Assembly: GCA_040954595.2 (NCBI GenBank)
Contig: CM082576.2
Span: 372,001 to 436,000, forward strand
Direction: 5' to 3'
Origin: Balanoglossus misakiensis
Taxonomy: Eukaryota > Animalia > Hemichordata
DNA length: 64,000 nucleotides
Shown here: positions 1-13,700 of the stretch, in pieces
Position numbering within the stretch: position 1 is the stretch's first letter
Layout of the letters: each line of letters opens with the position of its first letter
The notes under the pieces: model-generated
Told to the model about the DNA's origin: nothing
The model's database searches: none
The model's input: only the letters and a program-made list of their open reading frames with translations
Made by a program: the position numbers and the translations under genes

Positions 1-288
1 AAAATAACGAATCAGTCATTAATGGCCAATTATCTCGACAGTTCTTTGCCACAAGTTAATGGCAGAAATAAAAGTCATTCTCAAGGCCAAAGTTAGATTC
101 GTTTACGTCAGGAGTGTTGATAATACAAACTCTGAGCTGTAAAAGAAGACTGGTTTGAGTCGCATGTATTCTAAAAATACATCGTCACCAACCAACATAA
201 TATAGTCTTCAAACTCACAGTAGGGATCCTGATACCATGCAAGTGATTTGTCAAATGCAAGTCAGATACTCCGGAAAATTAGCCGTAT

Positions 289-302
289 GTTACCATGGCA
301 AC
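289..302. promoter_or_regulatory. RFX X-box-like palindrome GTTACCATGGCAAC
   Basis: 13/14 match to GTTGCCATGGCAAC, ~1.3 kb upstream of the putative CNG-1 ATG. Confidence 0.35.
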
Positions 303-1003
303 AACCTTTCTTGTTTCTTCAAAGTCGCGTGTTGTTTGCCGCAGTTATTCATCCAACTGTACACCAAGCAAAACACATGTTTTCTTTTAGAATCGTCTCT
401 CAAACATGTGAGACATATTCCGGTACCTTTTTGAAAAGATTCAATGACTAAGAACCCTGTCTGCACCTTCTGCAGATGCCAAGTAATTAAGACACTGGGT
501 ATATAATGTTTACCATTATTAACCATACCAAAGAATGTTTGAAAGTAACATTTGGAAACTGAAATGGCTATAATGGCCTAAAATTGCTTTCAAACCAATT
601 ACCCCTTATTTCGCCATTTCACTAAATGAATTCGCCTCCAAGTTTTCCTTTTCTACTGACGTTCGTCTAAGAAATAATTTACGTCCGTCGGTGAGTAGAG
701 CTGGTTAGGGTGTTGCTAGGACTTATCTTATTCAGCAGTAACGAGTCATCATATTACAATCATTAAAAGTGGTAAGAAAGATGTATAAGGTCGTCCATTA
801 TCCCATGCATTTGACAAATCACATATTGGATTTAATCACGCTTAACAGCAGCTTTGAAAGATACAACCAGAGCGTCATCCGATGACTACAAGGGCCCATT
901 ACAAGGGTTTCCGATGTCAGTCTGGGTTCTGCCTCAAGATGACAGACAATGATTGGCTAATCAGGTGTATACCTCGCATGATTGTGTGTATGTGTAACTG
1001 ACA

Positions 1004-1044
1004 TGTGTGCGTGTGCGTGTGTGTGCGCGCGCGTGTGTGTGTGT
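1004..1044. repeat. (TG)/(CG) dinucleotide microsatellite
   Basis: tgtgtgcgtgtgcgtgtgtgtgcgcgcgcgtgtgtgtgtgt. Confidence 0.85.
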
Positions 1045-1580
1045 TAAATGAAAAGAAACAAAAACATAGAAGACAACTAGAGGGTATTTAATAATAATGT
1101 GCGTATAACTGGCCATGAACAGTCAATCTGTTAAAATTAGAACATCACCAGTCGCCATAATTTTATTTCCTCGGGGAAACGCGTGAACAGCCGGGCCCTT
1201 CTGACAGATCCGCTTTCACGTCACCACTGGGAATAATAGAAAAGATTCTTACAATTAAACATCGGTTGAACGCGAGATAGACGTGATATGTTATAATGAA
1301 CAAAAACACATTTATGGGAGTAAATAATTCTTCATTGTTTGCATTTGTCGGAGATAGGTCTAAACTAAAAAGACGCGAGAAACAAAATTCTTCACCCCGG
1401 GATTGGAATCTGTAAACATCATAAGTGGTGGCGGCTTCCATCTGAGCATGCGCGCATCGTTTTCTTGAAATGGAAGAAGTGATCCCATCGCGATTGCCTC
1501 CTCTTCTGTGATGTCACGGCCACGAGTAAGGAGGCGAGGTAGAATTCGCGGTGCCTGTATATCATTCACTTGCGCCAGAA

Positions 1581-1781
1581 ATGGACCCACAGTTGGTCCA
1601 GAATTCGGGGGAAGACGCGTCTCAGTCGCAGTATCTGCGCTCGCGAAGAATACGCCAGTTGACGAAGGGCAACGCTCTAACCGTGACGGACAGCGAATCC
1701 GAAAGTGTGTCAAAACAAGACGAGACACCTAACAAAGCTGTCCAAAAGGATTTCAGTGACAGTTCATCAGTTATCAGTGCA
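1581..1781 (+). CDS. CNG-1 putative first coding exon (MDPQLVQ...SVISA)
   Basis: ATG at 1581 in a CpG-rich region, 67 open hydrophilic codons, GTGAGT donor in phase 0 compatible with the 8149 exon. Confidence 0.55.
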
Positions 1782-4700
1782 GTGAGTAGATTTTTAATGT
1801 CATGCAATTGCTGTATGAGATACGTGTTATGTAGGATCATTTTACCCTCAAAAATCGAGAAATGAACTTTCATCTACGTATTTAAAGAGCGAGTAGAAAT
1901 CACAATTTGCCTTGAATGAACAAAAATATGACAGCTTTAGTGTGTTGGTATGTTCTCCACATGGAGCTTTACAAAGACGATGCCTTATGATGACATTTTA
2001 CATGTATGACAAGGAATTTCCCGGAGCCGGATCAGTCTCAATCTGAGTTTGCCCGGTGACAAATATTCTCACTTTCCTCTCAACCTACCACATCATCCCC
2101 CTTAGTTAAATTGCTCCTTCGATGAAACCGATACGGTGCTTCCGCGTCATCAACGATAGTAGAGTTTACAAGGAAAATTACAGGCCGTTTTAAGCTGTGT
2201 TTCGAGACATTTACTGGAATTAGAACCTTAGCAGTAATGCTGCCTGCCATAGACGAGTAATCATCCGCCGCGGGCTCCCGAGGACTCGGTAGTACGACGG
2301 ATGTTAAATGACAGAATTTGGCGAGTTAAGTGCTTGAGTACAAAGTTGCTGTACGGATCACAAAGTATTAACTCCGCGTTCTATATTAGATATGACTGTT
2401 ACGTGATAATTTCTGCGTTTCACCTGGCAAAGAGAGGTGTCGTCACCAACTGAATGTCACAAGATATTTGCAACCGAATAATGGTGCGAGGGTCCTTATA
2501 AATATATAAAAACCTCATGTCCACCATCTGTAAACGTGCAATTTGACATTTGTACTCCGGTGACATGATCAGCGTTGATTGGAATTGTACTCATCGCATG
2601 CCGTCCATTCATTTTACCGTGTCAAAGTACGCCTTGAGATGTACTGTAAAAGCAATGCCTTTATATGATCAGGACATTCAATTGACCAAAAGAAATCCAA
2701 TATTTCTCTATAATGAGCCAGTTCTACTTTTGACAATGAAAAAGATGAGTTTCATTGGATGTAAATCTCTCTCCTTTGTAAACAGTACTACTCCAGAATC
2801 TTATTATTGATCGCCTTAACTCAGTTTAGCTCAAATTCAAATGTACTTCACTTCAACACAGAAATCCGCGAGAGAGGGAACAATCAATCCACGGGTCATC
2901 ATATATTTCGAGTGTTTTGTTAAGAGATTAACCAATCGAAAAATCTGAAATATAACTCGACTGACATGTGTGAATAATAAACAATTATAGAATTTCTTTA
3001 GTTAGAACCGTGGTAACAATTTATTTGTAAATTGCATATCGATTGCCTGATACAAATAGAAAAACTTGTCCCCCCAAAATCCAAATCGTTTTCTGAACAT
3101 ATTGTTGATCTACATACCTGATTTCACTTATTAGGAAACAAAACTGACCCCTACCTGCATGAAGTAGACAATGCTGTTTAACCTCAGCACAGTCATAGGC
3201 ACGTACACGTGTCAGTTTGGATTATCTATGACGATGATTGACACTGTGAAGAGTACATCCTCAAAGTGACTTTCTGAAATTCAATTTGTAAATACAAGCA
3301 ATGCCGTAACTATGGTAATCATCCCACCCTATGCATTTGCGATGTTGGAAATCATATCGTGTACTTCTATCCCAACAATGCTGAGAAATGAAATGAATCG
3401 ACGCCTATCGGGGATTAAACGGCAAACGTCAGTAACTTAATATTTTCAGTCATCAACTTCTTTCCCGTGCCAATGGTTACAAATATTATATGCTAGGGGC
3501 TCTATCATACAGACGCTAACTCAACTGATAGCCATTTTTGACCGCCACTTAAGCGGGACAAGTGGCTGTGTTTCATGAAGCGAGAGAGGTCATCACAAAA
3601 CCATTAATTTGAGAAGACTAAACATCGTGCATGTGGCAATATGCATTTTCCATATAACAACTTGACGAGCCCGTTCACGTCTGACGACTGCCTGTTGCGA
3701 TTAAAACCATTAAATTATGAATAGTGCAAAGTTACAATGGAGTGCTCATTATCGACTCCTTTACATGCGTCCAAAGTTTTATTCGTCAGCGTTATGATTT
3801 CAAATTTGACGTTTTGTCCGGAACGACAATGGACGATGTTAGCAATCTGCTTTACAGTATCTTCATATTATTTATACTTAAGAAGTATCTTTATAATTTT
3901 AACGAGGGTTTCTAGCTTTTTGTTGTTGTAACATGAGTGGCACAAAATGTATAGAAAAGGGAGCGTAAATTTATTCATAGGCTTTTTGGAGTCTATTTCG
4001 CTGAGGCAATAACAATAAATTGCACCGACCTGTAAGAAGTAGGTAATCAAGAATGCATTTTGTACCATTTCTCTTCTGACTATAAGTGTTACAATTACAG
4101 TATATTTTATGGGATACATTTATGGGAAATGTTCCTGAATGTGACAAACGACTTTGCTTATTCACAAAACCAAACTTAACCAAATCAAATCAAATCAGCG
4201 AACGAATCTCACTTTTATAACTCCCCTTTTCAGGCGAATAGATTTCAACGAATATCCAAGAAAATTAGATGGTGTCCTCGATAGTTTGATGATATCTGAT
4301 AGTTGCAGCTTAGTGAGCCTTTAAGTAACCCCTCACAATCTCGGAAAAATGTACCGTATTCAAACGGAAATTAAGACCACCCCCTCTTCCCGATAGGCAA
4401 GACACATTATTCATCAGTTTTCAAGATGACGTTAGGCTGCAAAACAAGTGATACAGAAAGAGGCTGAAAACTGACGTGACTGTTCCAAGGTGACGATGAA
4501 AGGATATTTTTAGGGCTACAATAGGTTCGGAGAGTGTTTGGCCTCTCTAATGTGTTCTGTGTTACCGACCACTTACGGTAAGCTGACTGAGAAAAACTTC
4601 TCCAAGCTATAGATTTTTAGGCCATCGTTGCACAAACTTACTCCCAACCATCGCACGTGTACGGAACTTTGCTTCAGGAGAATCTTTGAAAGTCCATCGG

Positions 4701-7700
4701 TCATTGCAAACATCATAGGTGTACTATTTCAAAATCCTGAAAGTTGTGACCCCGATGTTATGCTTACCCATGCATTTACTTCGAAATCTTACTGACAGTA
4801 TATTTCCACCAGATCCTGTTTCATAGGAATACCTTATTGATTCTAGTCGGTGTACACATGCACGTTAAAGGTTTCGCCCTAAATTTATATTACGGCTAAA
4901 ATGACGTAAGTCTCATAAGGACCGTTTGGTACCACAATATTTTTCGGTTGTCCAGCGCGCGAAATTCTGTGATTGGTTAGATCTCAATTTTCCATGGTAA
5001 CTGTGGCTAAATGTGTGGCCTTTAAGAGACAATAACTTTTCATGGGGGAGACATCGCCAATTATTGTCATTTACAATTTGCAATCACTAAAATTGCCATA
5101 TATCATCAATCACAGTAAATGGAGTCAGTCTTTGCAAAACTTTACGCCGTTATGACCATGGTGTTATAATCACAATGCAACTTTCCAGTTGATATAATCT
5201 GAAAGTATTTCTAATAGCAATTCGCAGCATTTATTTGAATAGTGGCTAAGAATAGCATCATATGGTTAGATGTGTTCCTGCTCGTTCAATCGTTTTTCAC
5301 TCATCATTTAACCGGGTGTTCTTGTCGCATTCTCCGCTGTCGGCACTACCAAGCGCAACCATTTGCCTCGCTGAATTGTCAATACAGCACTCAGGATCAC
5401 GGCACCAATTCTCAAAACTGGTATAAGTGGAATAATATCGCGAATCACGTTGAATCACGAAGATGAAAAACGAATGGCAAATGAGCCCACTAACCATTGC
5501 TTTATTCCGATTTGTTTTGAAAGCCAAATAATCACCTCTGCACCCTTGACTTTGCCTTCAGCAATTTGCTTTTCATTGACGCTAATACATAAACAAGACA
5601 AAAGAAAGGGCACGTCTATATACTTAGCTGTCTTCTTCATCATTGTAGTGGTCACGTGATTTGCTTTGTTAAATGCACCATTTTCTTTTAAGGCCACATT
5701 TCAAAGCAAATGTATCGTCGGAACCCCCACAAAACACACATTTTCATAAAGTTGATGAATATCCCAACTTTTAGTGTAGTTTAGTTAATATCTCTTCAAA
5801 ATAGGATCTTACACTCAAAAAGCGAATGTTCTGTTTTCCGTTACATTCGCCTACTCTCGATCTTCATTGACAGTGCGTGAAACATGGATGTTTTTAAAAT
5901 CACATTGAACCGAAATCATTTGCCTGCAGTGTGTATTTAATTGTAGGCTCGAAACGACAATGTCAGAACACCATTTGGTGTTTATTAAGGCCCATGACAA
6001 TTAACGAAGCGAATCCACAAAGGATAATGACTTTCTCACCCTCAGGGTCAATATAAATGTGATCAACTTTGCCATTTTGTTTTAATCCGAGAAGATGTTG
6101 ATGATTTTCTTTTCATAATTTAAACCACATTTATTGGTGTCTTGCAGCCAATTAAGAACCGTACTATTTGTCCTTTAAAGGCATCATTTGTCTTGTCTTG
6201 AAACAAAAGCTTAATTATCACACCAGTCTGAGTAAGAATGTCGTCAAAATAGGATGTTTAACTACAGTTTTTCTTTTGAAGCTGCTGCTGTTACACTGTG
6301 GATGATGCAATGCGGTAGTCAATTTGCAAATTCAAATTTCCATGTCACAGGAAAGTAACTGTATATGAATCTAAGAAAGCGACATTAGCTCAGTAATTTT
6401 TGGACAACTGTGAGAAGTCGAATGTGTTCCCTTCTTTACTTTTCCTGTAAATGTCTACGGCGTATTCATGCTGCGACGGCTGTCCACGCATATGTGCAGC
6501 GACAACACCTCCGTGTATAATTTTCCGCTCATCGGAGTGGGTGGTCGGAGTGGGTGGTGGTGAGGACGGAAGAGAAGCCGTTTCATAGAACAGAATTGAG
6601 CTTAGATCTTTGAATCCATCGTGATCATTACAGGCACGTTCGTACACACATCAACAGCACATCTTGACGAAGGTATTCAGGCAAGAAAGAGTATCCTAGC
6701 AACGGCCTACTTCAGAACGATGTCTCTTGTTGTTCTGTATCCGTTCAAATGCCCAACGGCAGTGAATTACGTGAATAACGAGGCCGTACTCCGTCGAACG
6801 TCTGGCGTGTTAGGGTACATAGAGTGCAGGAAATGTACGGACCACAAAACCTTGAAACTAACGGGAACCTCAAGATGCAGTAATTTCAACCAACATTTTT
6901 ATTGACTTTGAGTGCTTACCACATTCTTTGGGAAACGGGGAATATAGCGAGTCAGGTTAGGAAGATGCTGTCAACTCGTTAGAAACACCCGAAGCACGAT
7001 TTTATAATTTTGAGAATAAGAAAACTTTAATAAGATTTAACTTGTCCTTTGCGTTTCCATTTTACTTCGCGATATTTGAGATGTTGCAAATATAATGTGT
7101 ACCGAGGACACTTTCGTCCAGTACACATTTTCGAATGTTATGCTTATATAAACATTGTGCCAAGCCACAAACTTTAGCAAAAGGTCTCTAGTAGTAATAT
7201 CGTCCGTTGGCATCGAGGTAGCAAAGATCTCTCAAAGAATCGTGATACAAATATACCGTGAGATGCTAAACTGATTGATGCCTGCCAGTACCATTTTTGT
7301 TTTACAGGCAACAAGCTGGTGATACAAAGCAGCACAACAATCTGTGCTGAGACATGCGCGCGTCGCTTTAAACCATATTGCCTTGAAGTATCCTGTGCCG
7401 ATAGTGAATTGTGTTGATACAATTATTTGTCATTGGAAACGGGGCTGTAGGGTCTAACGAAGTTCACGGCCGATTGCGATTCGTTCTGTTGCTTTCTTGG
7501 CAAATCAAAAATACGCTCTCAGCCATGTTTGTGACGTTTATATTGTCATGCAACTATTGTGCTATACAATCATGTCCACTTTTGTTCAACAAAAATGACA
7601 TAAGCTTACATTGAACTAAATAATTACGGTAGGATGTGGACGTAATCATTTTTTTTTCATGGATAGATTTCTGTAGCGATGATTGCATGGACGAAATCAT

Positions 7701-10700
7701 TGATCCCACCAAGGTTACACAGTCACCTTCAACGCGTAGAACTCTACTATTTCCTATAGAAGTGAGGTTCTTTAAGGTTAGGTCTGAATTTTAACTGATC
7801 GTCGATACAAGACCTCGGAGACGTTCTGATCACAGCTACGGCAGTTTGCTGGCCTCTGCCATTACACATAGCAGAATATATGACATATATCGTTTAGTAT
7901 ATGAGGTAGATATGTTATAACCTATACACTACACAACTTCATATTCCTCCAGAGGTGCAATTTAGTTGTTGAGCTTAAATGAATGATGTCTCATGATAAG
8001 AAAATTCATAAAACAGCGCTGCTTGACACTCGACCCGCGACTGAAATCACATTCTTATCATGATTGCAACTTTTCGCCTGCCCCTTGATCATCTCCAGAA
8101 TTTCGATTGTAGCATCTGTAAACCTGATCATTTTTGTTTTTCTTTCAGGAAAGAAACAAGATAGCCAAACCAGAGTAAGTAGTTCATAAGTTCATTTATA
8201 CGTCATAAGATCTTGTTCACGTTGACGTGTTAATGTTTTGCTCCAGGAAAAGGGTGTCACTATGGATCTCTGGCGTTCAACTGAAAAGCATTAACGAAGA
8301 GTCGTCGGCAGTATTTGAAACTAACTTAGTTTTCACAAAATCCCTAGTGTCACTTCGTTCTCCTTGTATTTCTCTCCACGTGTTGTACAAACCACTATTT
8401 GAACTGTTGGCATTTCATAGCAGCACTACGACACGCAAATTCGATTACCAATTAACCATCGAAGGTTTTACTTGTCGGCGCCTCCGGTGGTTATTCAACG
8501 GGGAGATTTTAAGGTGACGATAAAACCATAATAGTCCTGTACACATATATTGTGTCATCTCCTGACAGACGAGACAGGTTGCCTACGGTTGAACCGAGCC
8601 CGACGGGAACTTCTGACTCCACTAGTGACGTGAGTGACGAATTTGATAATGACGCATGCGCTGACGACGAAAGGGAGGATGCTGACATGTCGCCGCCGCC
8701 TGAAGAGCTGTCGGGCAAATCGCCGCAAGAGATGGAAACAGATGCAACAGATTGTGATGAGCTCGACGGAGTTTCTACTGCCAACAGCAAAAGGACGCTA
8801 AGTGTAGAAAATAATGAAAAAGAAGAAGATGGTGAAGTCAAGACAATAGAGTTGGAGGACGAACTTCCAGGTTCCAAGGTAACATGTACATTAAAGATGT
8901 AGACAGAACTCAGCGACATTGGAGGTGTATAGGGGGGGGGGGGTTGTAAGACGTGGAAATATTCCGATAAACTAATTAGTGCGATAGCGATTGCAAAGGT
9001 GTTTGTTACAAAATGTATTAAATATCATATTTAAGGATATTTCATTTATATTTTAAACTGAATAGATGTATATATATTTGCATGTTTTATAATTCATGTG
9101 ACAGGAAGACCATGATAGCAACAACAGCGGTTTTGTGTTGGACCCGGATGGCGATGTAGTCTATTACTGGATGGTAAGTAATGCTCATCATTGCATGCCA
9201 ATTAGTTACATTGTTGTACACATATGTATCCGCACTCATCCAAACCATCGAATATGTCACACGGGGGTTCAAACAACTGTTCTGATTGGAATAAGACTTG
9301 ATAGGACAGCGCGCGGCTCCTGTTTCACATGACGGGCTAATAAGACTATTAGGCAAAGGAGCAGGATTTACTAGAAGAGCAGCTTTTGGGGTCACAGAAA
9401 TAAAACTTGTCACGTTATCTTTAATCTGGAGGCAGTCGGTGTCGTGATGCTAAGACTAGTCTGACAGGACACGGACGACACCTGCATTTTCCTGAAATAG
9501 CCGTGGGTACGCTTGTCCGCGACATGTCCACAAAATCATACAATTAAAACTGAAGACAGTTGACATCATAGATGCGACCAAATTAATATGAGTTGAAATG
9601 TTCAGTGACAACTGTAAGTCGTTTTGGAATTGTTGCTGCGATTAATCTAAAAGAAGTTTCCGTAAAGAAATTTACTTTTCGACTCGAGTATATGAAACTA
9701 AAATCAAAGCGTGATGGTAAGTCAAATGAGCCTCACGCGAGGGATTTTCAATAACACTACCGCCTATGGATGAGCAAAAGATGGTCTGTCTCGTATTTTC
9801 ATGTTGCTTCCTTCGCGCAATTTACCGTTACTTGCCTTGAGACCCACGCCAAAACTACGTCACACCTCTTTTGTAACACCGCCATATCCCAAGGATAGGC
9901 GCGTCCCCCAAAACATTACGAATTCACGACTGACCATAATAGCGTAGAATGCTTTAGTTTTGCATGCATGTTGCATTCATTTGAATACTTCAACAACCTT
10001 TCCGGGAGGGAATTTGTGTAGATAATGCAAACGCTGAATAGACAAACTACAGTAAAACGTGCAACGCTGCAGGCAATATATCATAGGAAAAAGCATACCG
10101 TACCTAATATTCTAGTTTTATTATATCTCATACCAACTTTAGAAAAAAAAACACGCAGTGAAAATGTACTGTGTTCTATACTAAATTTTGTAGGTATTCA
10201 CTGATCTGGCACAGAAGCTATATTTAAACTTCAAAGTTTGAATTTGATTGTCCGTGTGGTTATTTCCCTTATGGGCATTCCGTAGCGTATGTTTGTTCAC
10301 TAGAATCTTTATAATAATCAATCCATGCTCATCTCATGTTAGATTTCTCTTGTTGTTTTTTTCTTCGCAGAGTATTGTTACATTTGCTGTTATTTACAAT
10401 TACTGGGTGATTATTCTCAGGATAGCGTTTTCGGAAATGCGAGAAGAGGTGCAAACAATCTTTCAATTAAATTTTCAGTTTTTCTTCGTCTTCGGTGTTA
10501 GTGCTATGGTGTTTCTTGACGTATTTTTACATTTTGTTTATAGATTGAAAAATCGTTCCCTTTTAATTTGAGACTGTCAGCTGCAGTGCTCGTATTTGTT
10601 CGTACGTAATCGCCAATAAATTCGCCCGGTCGGTTGGCAAGAGCCACCTTTCATCAAAACAGTGACATGCAATATTTTCTGCCGTGGACCGCATCTGCAT

Positions 10701-13700
10701 TATTTTGGACATGCGGGCAGCCTAGCTGTCTACACCAGAAATATCCACGGAACGGTTCATTGCGAGAAATATATGATAAGACGGATGGATTTCATTAAAC
10801 CTCAATTCATGGCCTCGTCTATCGTGACGACACATTGAAAATGACTTGGGGAAATGGATTCCCAATGTACGACATCGATTATCACAGAATACTTTGCTTT
10901 GAATACATCGATGCCTCTGCATTGTTTTCCTTCCGTGAAATACACTGAAAATTTTAATCCGGTTACATTATTTCTGTCACTAAACTCTGACAATCTCCCA
11001 CTCGCAGGTGGTGTACCAAGCGGTCTTTGCATACATGGATTTAATATGCGACTCCGTGTTTGCTCTGGACATAGTTGTGCAGTTAAGAACGGCGTACCTT
11101 GAACATGGCATTTTGGTAAGTGACATAGTCCTGAGTTTGAGACATTCAGAATTTCACCACATACATTTACGTACAAGTGATTCCGCATGCATTGAACTGC
11201 AGAAACGGGGAGCATTTATGGCAGGCAAGTTATAAACAATTAATATCAAAGTTTCATTTACCAAATTGACCGAAGGCGGGGTCCATGTTTTTCATTAGCT
11301 AAGTTTCCTATATTTCAGCCTCAGTAACTCTAGGTTTGAAGTCTCGTTAATTATAGGTTTGAGCTTTTTTATTTCTTGTTTTGTGAACGTTGTTAACCTT
11401 TGGCATCTGTCGACTCATGAATCAACGGAGCTGCTCAGAATTTACCAGTACAAGTCCTCCCAACGGAAAACATAGTGGTGACATTATGGGCAAGTCTTAG
11501 AATATATCATTCGCTCTTTTTCTCAAGTTCTAATGAAATACGTTTGAGGATCAAATAGGCACTTCATATGCAAAAACTCTCGTTTATTAAACGGCACTTA
11601 CAGTTAACGGATGAGAAACAAGGTTCATCAGTCGGGAATGTCAATCGCATTTCTCTTTCAGAACGACTATGTATGGATGTGTAATGTGTAAAATGTGTCC
11701 AGTAAATACACGAAGCCAACAAATTTAAACGAACCCTCTGTCTCTCTTTCTCTTTGCGAAGCACATTCACGTGGCTGAATCTAGAAGGAGTATTGATAAA
11801 TCGATGCAAATCCCTTGTAGCCAAACCAGAAATGTGTTTGAATTCATTGTCTATTATACTCCACGTGATGTGTGGGTGAGTCACGGGCGTAACGATGCGC
11901 TTTTTCTCGAGTGTGCTTTCTCTATGGCTTGTTAAATGGTCCATTGTAAGTCGTATGGTCCATTACACTAATTACAAAACATAATTGCGGTCTCCCTGGT
12001 TTGGATAAAATCTATTCGCTAAGTGATTTTGTACCCCTGATGTTTCTTTCCCTCAAATTAAATCCCCTTCTTGGTTCTCTACCCATAGTGTGTTTTATCA
12101 GTACATTTTATGCGTTCAATTACAAAATGATTAATCCACACACTGAAATGACGAGTTTGTCTGTGACCCCTTTGTAATCCTCATCACATGTTGCATTGAT
12201 ATGCCGGCATGTGTCGGCTGCCTCCAAAATGTCTCGGGAGATCAGCTGCATTGCTCCATTCAGCTTGATTTAGTCCATCTGTATCCCCAGATCTGTTTAT
12301 CGCCACAATGGAAGGCGTAGATACTCTTGCAAGCTAACACGACGGAGTTGTAAATCCGATCCCGACCAATTTCCGGTGGAATAAGATCTTGAAAGAGCGC
12401 CTAGCGTTGCCGCCGTTTCTAATGATGTCATTTCCATGCCGTGTATCCGATATAATGCAATATAGCGAACGTGAACAGTCGTTTGGGGTAGTCTTACCAC
12501 AGATCCAGATGTCAGTAAAAGTGCAAAGCCACGACATTTGATTTTCTCTCAGCAGATTACAAATTACACTATGGACGGCGTCTCGTCTATAGTACAGGCA
12601 TGCACACACGAACGGTATTCAGCGCATTTAAAACGTGAACACAAAATATAAGATTAAAATCAATCTGTGTAAGCTTACGCTTACAACATACATGTCTGGT
12701 GTATACTTTAAATCTGAAATGTATAAAAAGTATTAAAATATTTCAGTAACCTGTCATCGTTCAATAGTGCAAGTCTTATGAATATTATATGATAAACGTA
12801 ATAACTGATATTTTAATATGTCTGTAATACACTTGATGCCAAAGGACCTATTGAACATTGCCTAAATATAGAACCAACATTACAGGCAATTTTACCCTAA
12901 CCATGTCATTCTATAAATACCTTCATCAATACAAACTTTTATCTAAGCATTTTGTACGTCTTTTTGTAAATCTGTTTTCTCTATTCGTTTCCACAAAGAC
13001 CTTTGGATTTTTACTAATCTGATATTTATTCTACGTCATATTGTGTATAAATTGGAAACTGAATAATAAGATTAATACACATGTCATTAATTATGTCCTT
13101 TCAATAGCTTGTTATATCCCTTGCGAGTTAATTATTTTTCGTAAATTAACAACCAAATTAAATTATATTAAATCAAATCAAATAAATCGGATAAGTTACA
13201 TTCCATTATCCAATCAGTCTTATCAAAATACTGGGAATACACGCCCATTTGCTTTTCCCGTTGTACAGGTATCCAACCCGAGCAAACTGAGCACAAATTA
13301 CCGGCGGAAGAAAGAATGTCGTCGCGACGTGTTAGCTGTGGTCCCCTTAGGATCGATGATTCATTTTCTCAACAGTAAGTAAATTTCATGTCACATGACA
13401 CCATTTTCTAACCTTTTGCGAGGCAAATATATACAAATGTAAAATTCGTGGCACTTCGCTAACCCCTTTTTCATTTTACATCAGGGTTTTAAGGTTTCGT
13501 TTCTTTGTTGTATAATAATTTTCGACAGATGTATGTTACAGTAACTGTTATGCTATGAGATGACAATGACACAATGAACATCATAACTAATAGATGATTT
13601 TCCGCTCATTGAGTGGTCTCGCGAGACATGCTTATTTGCCATAGCAACGGGTTGCTAGCCAGGTAATACAAGTCAAGTTTTGGGTGAAACTAGACCAGAT

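Noticed and set aside
6621-6905. ORF with several possible splice sites in CNG-1 intron 1
   Set aside because: No single convincing acceptor/donor/frame combination and no recognisable motif.
8509-8919. 136-aa Ser-rich minus-strand ORF
   Set aside because: Antisense shadow of the acidic CNG-1 exon 8569-8878.
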